This document shows, one piece after another, positions 56,301 to 64,000 of a stretch of DNA of 64,000 nt. The stretch is from Octopus sinensis (taxonomy: Eukaryota). How positions within the stretch are numbered: position 1 is the first letter of the stretch; the number at the start of each line of letters is the position of its first letter. The notes beneath the pieces are model-generated. The model was not told where the DNA came from. It ran no database searches and saw nothing but the letters and a program-made list of their open reading frames with translations. The stretch is from NCBI RefSeq assembly GCF_006345805.1, contig NC_043006.1, positions 100,006,001-100,070,000 of the forward strand. Reading direction: 5' to 3'. The position numbers and the translations under genes were made by a program.

Positions 56301-56723
56301 AATAAAAATGATAATAATAATAAATCTGTATAACTTCGGTTCAAGGCCAGACATTTTGTGAGGAGATTGGATTATTTGTTTCTATTAACCGGAGTAATTC
56401 TTTATTTTATCCACTCTGAAAGTATGAAGTTAGCGTTGAAGGAACTTGAAATCAGGATTTTGTTAAGGTTACTTCTACAGATATTGTAACCTTAGCAAAA
56501 TAACCATGCAGTAGAACGTGGTACACATTTATAAAATACATTTAGTATACTTTAGAGTTTGTTATATTTGCTTAACGAAGTACCTACAAATCATTAAATT
56601 GAATCCAGAATGTCAAATAACCGCATAGATGCTGCAATGCATTTTCTTCGGTGGTGGAATGATTCCACCAGCGCGTGTCTATTCAGAGGCGTCATCTTTA
56701 CTCAGATTATATAAACCACACGA

Positions 56724-56957
56724 AAGGCGGCGAGCTGGCAGAAACGTTAGCATGCCGGGCGAAATGCGTAGCCGTATTTCGTCTGTCGTTACGTTCCGAG
56801 TTCAGATTCCGCCGAGGTCGACTTTGCCGTTCATCCTTTCGGGGTCGATAAATTAAGTACCAGTTACGCACTGGGGTCGATGTAATCGACTTAATCCCTT
56901 TATCTGTCCTTGCTTGTCCTCTCTGTGTTTAGTCCCTTGTGGGTAGTAAAGAAATAT
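56724..56957 (+). mobile_element. SINE family A with 12-bp TSD
   Basis: ATAAACCACACG at 56711-56722 and 56960-56971. Confidence 0.92.
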
Positions 56958-57099
56958 AAATAAACCACACGTACGCATCTTAGACTATATCTACAATCGG
57001 ACAGCATCTCTCTCACCCTCTTGCTCTCTTTTTCTTCCTCTCTCTCTCTCTTTCTCTCTCTCACCCACTCAGTCCTAAACTCCTTCATTTCAAACATAA

Positions 57100-57790
57100 A
57101 ATAAGTTGATACGGAAAGTACCTCTCTGCAGTTTCTGCTTTACCTTCCCGATCAACTAATGAAGATGACACAACGTGAAGAAACCAGCAGCGCTGATTGA
57201 CGGATCCGTTCTATATGTGAGAACATCTGTGCTACAAATACCAAAATTCATTAATGCTCACGCGCTAAATGAGTTGTTTTCGATGTTCTCCGCATATTTC
57301 GGACTGAACTGACTGAGATATCGTCCGTGCTGTTCGACTTCAACTTGCAATGCATCACAGTAAAGTTTCAACCGAAATTTCCGTAAGTTGTCCGAAGTTC
57401 TAGAGCTACTTGATTCTCATGCGCTTCCACGATTTCCGTAAGATTATCGTCGATCTTCTTAACGGATGCTGACGATCGGCCTATTCAAACGTCATTTCGC
57501 TATTTCCTCACTCGGAACACTCCAGGTTTGCGAGTCGGGACCGACGCATTGGATTTCCAGTAAGCAACTTCTCGTTTTAGTTGTCTCCGAGTCGACTGAG
57601 CATGTCACAAATTTATGGTCTGTGTAGCCGACCGTTCAGATTGCAATCACCTTACATTTTCAATGCCCGTTCACCTCATAAATATTGTCGATATCTTCTG
57701 CATATTCTGAACCAATTGTTCCACGTAAAGTGTGGGATATTAGAGAAAACCGGTTTTCACTAAGTTTTTAAGGTTTTGATTTGTTAAAAA
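57100..57790 (-). pseudogene. Old mariner transposase fragment
   Basis: Minus strand ..GRSSASVK..EIVEA.EN....ELRT..EISVETL..HCKL.. resembles the mariner HTH region. Confidence 0.45.
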
Positions 57791-59329
57791 TGCTTTCACT
57801 ACATTTACACGTTCTCACCAGTGTATGCACTCAAATAGCTGCAGAGTGTTCAGCAGGGTTATCATGTCTTTGATAATCTGTTGGATTTTCTACCTTGTTT
57901 AATCCAAAACAACCATTCCAGTCACTGAACTTCTTTCTTACAGAATATTTCGTTATTTAAAGATATTGTCGTCTTCCCCTCTCCTAGAACTACCACAAGC
58001 TTCCATCTCCTTTACTTTCGGATTGCTACTAACTCTATTCTATGAGGTTCATTGCCTGGCTTTTTGCCTAACTCTTCGAAGCGACTCTAAGATCAAGCAG
58101 CTCAAATTTGGTACCGAAAGTAACGAAGACGTTCTGTCTCTATTCTTCAGTCAGGCAACTCCCGATTTGTGTATAAATGAGCCTTCCACAAGCTTGTATT
58201 TTCGACTATACATATGAATAGAAAAAAGAACTGTTTTGATAATATTTTTAAACCTCCCGTGCCTTGGCCATTTTGACATAGTTATTTGTCTTTCTATAAA
58301 GCCCAAACACCTTTCACATATTTCTATAATGCTATGGCGTCTGATAGTCTGACCACTTAGATGATATAATAGAGACGAGGCCATATACTCTCATGATGTT
58401 CATTTTGTTGTTTCTTGAGGCTAAAATGTGCTGCGATATTGGAACGGCGATGGATTTAGTAATGGTGATAATGATATTCATTTCCGCAGCTTCAATTCGT
58501 CGAATCTTTGCTGAAATATCTGTACGTCCCCTTAAGACAGTAGTTCTGCAAAAATAATTATTGGATCGTTTCATTCCCCCAAAAAGTCTTTAAGTCGTGC
58601 CCCAGGATGGCTGCAGTCTAATGAGTGAAAGATGTAAACGGGAAAAGGGAAAGATATGTATGCTTATGTACGAATGTAAGAATTATTTATATCATAGAAA
58701 ACTCAGTGAAATATCATCGACATGGTTACTACCAAGAAGTTGAAGAATAAAAGCGAATAAATTTAATAATCTAATAATATAAAATATATATTATTGATGT
58801 ATTGAATTTGTTTCTGCTTCCAGAGAAGGTAATGCATTCATCTTGTGGCAATTGGGACTAATTCGAATTTGGGAGAGGAGTAGAATCTCAACAATGAAGA
58901 ATTCTAAAATAATTCTTTATTTCCTTTATCAACAGAATTCTTAATTGCTGCAATTATTTCTCCTTCTGATTTGAAGTTGAGTCGTGTCGCTATCAGGCAA
59001 TTTCCCTGGAAGCAGAAATTATTTCAATAAATCCAGAGCTTATATTGTATTTAATTTATTCGATTGGATTCGTCTGTGTTCAAAAACGTAACTCAGTTGT
59101 TTTCCGTAGCATATTCTCGTGTGTGTCTGTGTGCATGTGTATTTGCATGTGTGTGTACGTGCGTATATCTGTATATATCTATCCTTCTATCTATCTATCT
59201 ATCTCTCTATCTCTCTATCTGTCTATCTATCTATCTGTGTGTGCGTGTGAATGTATGTGTATGCATATATTGTAATCGTTAATGACGGATTTTTATTACG
59301 TCCACTCTGGTATAGCAGAGAAGGTCTAT

Positions 59330-59765
59330 TCTATATTTTTGAGATGAGGAGTTCTGTAAATGATTGAAATTATTTACATTGGACGGATATGTGTCCACAT
59401 CTTGTTTGTTGTTACCACATTGTTTCGGCTGATTTACTTTCATCAGGTGTCCTCGTAGAACTTTGAACCCAACCCTGGGTTCTCATTCCTAAGGTATTTT
59501 TTGCTGATGTTATTATGCACTCGTGCATATAGCGTAATTGTGTAGAGCACAGGCTACTAACTCCAAGATTGCGAGTTCAATTTCAGGCAGTGCCTTGAAT
59601 AAACAATCTTAATAATATCAGAAAAAATACCTTAGGAATGAGAATTCACAGTTGTGTTCGAAATTGTACCAGGATACCTGATGAAGGCTGGTGAGTGAAT
59701 CAGCCGAAACGTTGTGGTAACAGCAAACAAGATGAAGAAACATATCCGTCCAATGTAAATAATGT
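59330..59765 (+). mobile_element. Palindromic ORF-less PLE derivative: antisense HHR arm + central tRNA-like head + sense HHR arm
   Basis: 59368-59515 is the reverse complement of ~59610-59765; tRNA-like 59523-59595; CTGATGA 59678, GAAAC-GTT 59706-59713. Confidence 0.85.
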
Positions 59766-59899
59766 TCTTAGTACTCTTCCCTTATACTGAAGGACGTCAC
59801 CTTATTCATAGCGACTACCATATCCACTCGTCACGTGGGAGGGGTGTACCGTTAATACTATTATCCCCACATCTCCCCTTTAAAATTTTCCTTTTTTTC

Positions 59900-61020
59900 A
59901 TAGGGAATGTCATTTTATTTCTTTTCATAGCAACATTTTTTATTTCACCCCGCTTCCCTTTCTTAGGGTTTTTTTTCTCTTAGTTACTCTATTTTTTGCG
60001 CTTGGCATCCACTTCCAGGAACTCCGTAGATTTTCTTTTTTATACGCATCTACACCTGGGTTCAACCACCTGTTGTGGCGTTGGTACTTGAAAAGTATCA
60101 TATAACCATTCCGTTGGTTCTTCCATCCTCTTGGGTTCGCTCTCAACGAATCTTTTTTTTCCGTTGTTTCATGAATCTCTTGTAACGCATTTTCTACTTT
60201 TTACCAAGTAGGGTATTTTTCCTATGCGTTTGGTAACCCCGCCATCTTCCCAACTCTGTTCTCCATTCTTATAAGAATTTGAAGACCAGGCTGGATATTT
60301 GTTCGGTTTTCTATAACATTTTCTCATAAATAATTTTGTACCATTTTTTAAAAATCTTGCTGTATTTTCCCTTGCAATTACTCTTTTCTTGCTAAGGGGC
60401 AATTTGTCGAAGACTGATTTTATTTACCTTGCAAATATCAGCATCGCTGGTAACATAGCTGCTGGTATATTTGGATTTGGTGCCACACGATATACTCTGA
60501 AGTATTGTTGTAGAGCTACCTCATCTGTCACTTCCTTATTCAACTGTCTTAGCGCTCTGTTGAACGCATCCGCAAAGTGTTCTGTCTGTCCGTTAGATCT
60601 GGGTGGTGTCGCGCTGTAATTACATGTTCTACTGGGAATGTTGCACAAAATGTTATAAATTCAAAAGACAAAATCAATGTTCTATTGTTAGACAGTATTG
60701 CATCTGTGATGCCAAATCTCGCAAACAGCTCATGCAAAAAATGTGTCACATTTGAGGAGGTTAGCTACTTACACTTACAAATTTCTGGCCATTTAGAGAA
60801 ACTATTAACTACCACTAAGTATTATGAACCGTTTAAAGGACCAGCGAAATCGATGTGAAGTCTCGACCATCGAACATGTACTTTTGGACAAGGTTCAGTT
60901 TTTGTCGTCAGTAATTTTGCCGCTGGAGTACATCTTCTACAGCTTTTTACTATATTTTCGATATCTCTATCCATTTCGGCATGTACACGTTGCTACACAT
61001 TAAAGCTATCGTCCCCGTTT
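59900..61020 (-). pseudogene. Gypsy LTR retrotransposon integrase fragment
   Basis: HIDFAGPL...VVVNSFSKWPE...HELFARFG...PRSNGQTEHF...YRVAPN..IF; multiple disruptions. Confidence 0.88.
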
Positions 61021-62959
61021 GTTTTATAGTGTTTCCGGCATCACTATTCTCTGTGCATACCTCAGGACGCATCACAAACTGAAAATAGGTTTACGGCTTG
61101 GTTTGGTTCCGCTCCAATCTTGTTCCTATTTACTTTTCCTGACCACCGTGTTCTTTTCACTTCTGTTACGAATTTGTCCTTTACTGCATTTCGCTTTATG
61201 TCTTCTAGGGTTACCGGTAATTTGCGTAACACATTCCACATTACGTTTTTTATTTCTCTTTCTGCTCTTAAAACTGCGATTACCGTATATTCGAATGGCT
61301 CCTAGCGTTTCAGTATCCGTCTCGCCAAACACTCCGCATGCATCAGTTTTATGTTTACGGTAAATATTTTATTTTGTAGTCATAATTCAATAATGTAGTG
61401 CCCCATTGCTGTAGTCTATTTGCTGTGTGTGTTGGTATTAATTTTTTAGAACCGTATATTGACAGTGGTGGGCGATGACCCGTTTGTAGACAGAAATTTC
61501 TTCCATGGAATTTTTTCATACCGAATATGATTGCCGACGCTTCCTCATCTATCTCAATCTAGCTCCTTTTCAACTGGTAATAAAGATTGTGTTGCCTGGG
61601 TGTACTTTTCAGAATAAATTCAAGTTCCAAAACACACGAGATTCAGTTAAAAATGAGAATGGGTTTAATACGCAGATTGAAGAGAATCATTATAATTTTC
61701 TGATGAATAACTTTTGTAAAAAAAGAATGTTATTTTGTTCATATAATGCTGGAACTGACTTTCTATTAGCGGTTTTAATTTCAAATAAACAGAAATGACA
61801 TAAATAGAAGCAGAATAATGGGAGTTTATTAAAAGTTTGTCAGATACGAAGTATTAGTAGTGCACCTGAAATATAATTCAAAGAAACAATATATTTGAAA
61901 AAACAAATCTAGATTTGAAATAGGAGTCACAAGTAAATCATAAAGAATGAAGTCAGCATTTGTTGGAATTTGAATTTAATTGAATGAAAATTTTATCGTT
62001 GCAGAACTGCTACGTTTGTGTGTGTGTGTAGGCGCATTTCTAAGCGCATGTGTGTGTTGTGGTGGTTGTTGCTGTTTATATTGTTAAATATATACATGTC
62101 TATTCTGCAAATAATACCATTTTGAAGAGGGTTCAAAGGTGAGACAGTGTTAGGGAAGAAAATTAAATATTCAATAAAACATCATTCCTAATTCTGCTAC
62201 GGTTTGAAAGATGTAAATCAACAAGAAATTTCAATATTATATAAAATATGTATATCTGAGGATAATAATAATGTAAAGATTTTGGGTAAGTACTATTTGT
62301 TTGCATACTTTTACTTAGGTACGAAGTCTCTGAGGCTGGTAGCAGGGAGGAGATTTTCCTCACAACAGAGAACACGAGAGTTTACTGCAGAAAAACGCCA
62401 CTAAACCTGCGCAAGAACTATGTAATGATGGTAAACTTTGTAACGGCTTTAGTCTACCACCCAAATGGCCTATGACAGCGTTTTGAATTCAAATGGGAAA
62501 TATTCGCAGGATCGAACTTCATTCAGAGGATGACCTGGCAAAGAAAGACAATGATATCTGGTCTTCTGCAATGAAAAAACGAGAGGATCCAAAAGCTCAG
62601 CTTGGAAGCCATTAAACATTTTTCGATAACGCGAATGCCCCAGCTGAGATGTTCGTCATCATTTATTCCTTTATATCCGATAGTGTTGAAGGCTATGAGT
62701 TTTTCTCTTTAACAAAAAGTGTTTTGTTGGTTGGGCTCTTCTTCATATGGCTGCCGTTGTTCGTCTCCGGCCATTGAATAAGAATTTCAAGACCAGGCTG
62801 GATATTTGTTCGGTTTTCTATAACATTTTCTACCTTTAGAGACATCTGGCGTTATTTATTGCTCTTCAGTGGATTTCAGCCATAAAAATGTTTCGTTCTG
62901 TTCAGTAGCAAATGTGTGATCCACTGCAGCAATTTTCCACAGGTATACAACATCTGCAA

Positions 62960-63001
<42 letters not shown>

Positions 63002-63029
63002 TATTCCGAGATATTTTTTCTTTTGCCAA

Positions 63030-63500
63030 ATAAACACATGCACCATATTATTTTTTTCTTCACTCGTTTGTAACTGTTATTTCATTATTTTAACGCCTGT
63101 CCTTTGTCCGGAAATCTTTCGTCACACACCCTGCCTGTGTGTGCTTTTGCTCAACTTATTCCATTCTGTTCTTCTCTGACGTATATCCTTATATTTTAGG
63201 ACAGGAGAAGCACAATGGTGAGGTTGGGGCTGAGGAGGTCACACTGCTGCTAAAAACTTTGACACACACACAAGCATACACATACTCACGCATGCATATA
63301 CATACACAAACAAGGACACAAACGAATGTGCACCTAAGGATACACATCTTAGAAGAACAGAATGGAGTAAGTGGAGTAAGAACACACACTGACGCGAAAA
63401 GTGTCGCTGAACAGGTCACAGAAATTTCTGGACAATGCACAGGCGTTAAAATAATAAAATAACAGCAATAAATGAATGAAGAAAAGAATATATATTATTT
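63030..63500. repeat. Imperfect inverted repeat (63030-63190 / 63335-63500), probable PLE pLTR relic
   Basis: ATTATTTTAACGCCTGT / ACAGGCGTTAAAATAAT and CCATTCTGTTCTTCT / AGAAGAACAGAATGG. Confidence 0.7.
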
Positions 63501-63675
63501 AGCAAAAAAAAAACACAAATTAAATAGATAAATAAAATGACCATACCGAAATGCAGCAATATCTCTTTCAACACATGATCTCAGATCAGGAACCTTGAAA
63601 AGGGAATTGATATATATGTATACACATATACGTAATTAGAGTGGTGCCTTCCTTCCCATATATATATATATGTAT

Positions 63676-63711
<36 letters not shown>

Positions 63712-64000
63712 TATGAGTTAGAGGTTATGCAATCGTCTAAGGGATAAATATATATGTGGGCACTATTGGTGCATTTCCTCACTATTATAGGCCTTGCTAT
63801 AAGATCAACAGCAAGTGGTAATTTCAATGGTAAAACCCTGGTTTAATATATTCAGATAAGAAAAGAAATGGAGCAAGTAACAATAAAAGTTGATAATTGG
63901 TATTAAGAGGTCATGTTTTCTTTTCCATTTCTTATATGTATGGGTGTGTGTGTGTGTGTGTATTTATACATACATACATGCATACATACATACATATATA

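Noticed and set aside
58200-58560. Additional Tc1/mariner-like traces (also ~11560-12000, 31200-31800, 51640-51860)
   Set aside because: Suggestive only; boundaries and motifs too degraded to call
62640-62840. HMG-box-like peptide on the minus strand (..MAGDEQRQPYEEE..)
   Set aside because: Only a short resemblance with stops and frameshifts; insufficient without an HMM search

Overview
Very AT-rich, microsatellite-saturated animal DNA. The SINE families and (TA)n/(CA)n/(AAT)n landscape resemble an octopus (cephalopod) genome, which is an inference. I can find no intact host protein-coding gene, and almost all listed ORFs are microsatellite or antisense artefacts. The window is a mosaic of mobile-element relics: four tRNA-derived SINE families, a near full-length mariner (50138-51427), a Tc1 relic, two tail-to-tail Helitron derivatives, a Gypsy integrase fragment, an RTE fragment, and a nest of R4/Dong-type RLE retrotransposon 3' ends in an (AAT)n tract. 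Its most striking content is many Penelope-like element (PLE) remnants that form inverted repeats and carry hammerhead ribozyme (HHR) motifs. The best candidate for something new is a repeated module of tRNA-like Pol III head + (AAT)n + minimal hammerhead. It sits in the pLTR of a Penelope element and also occurs without any ORF, including as a ~430-bp palindrome. All coordinates and alignments were read by eye.
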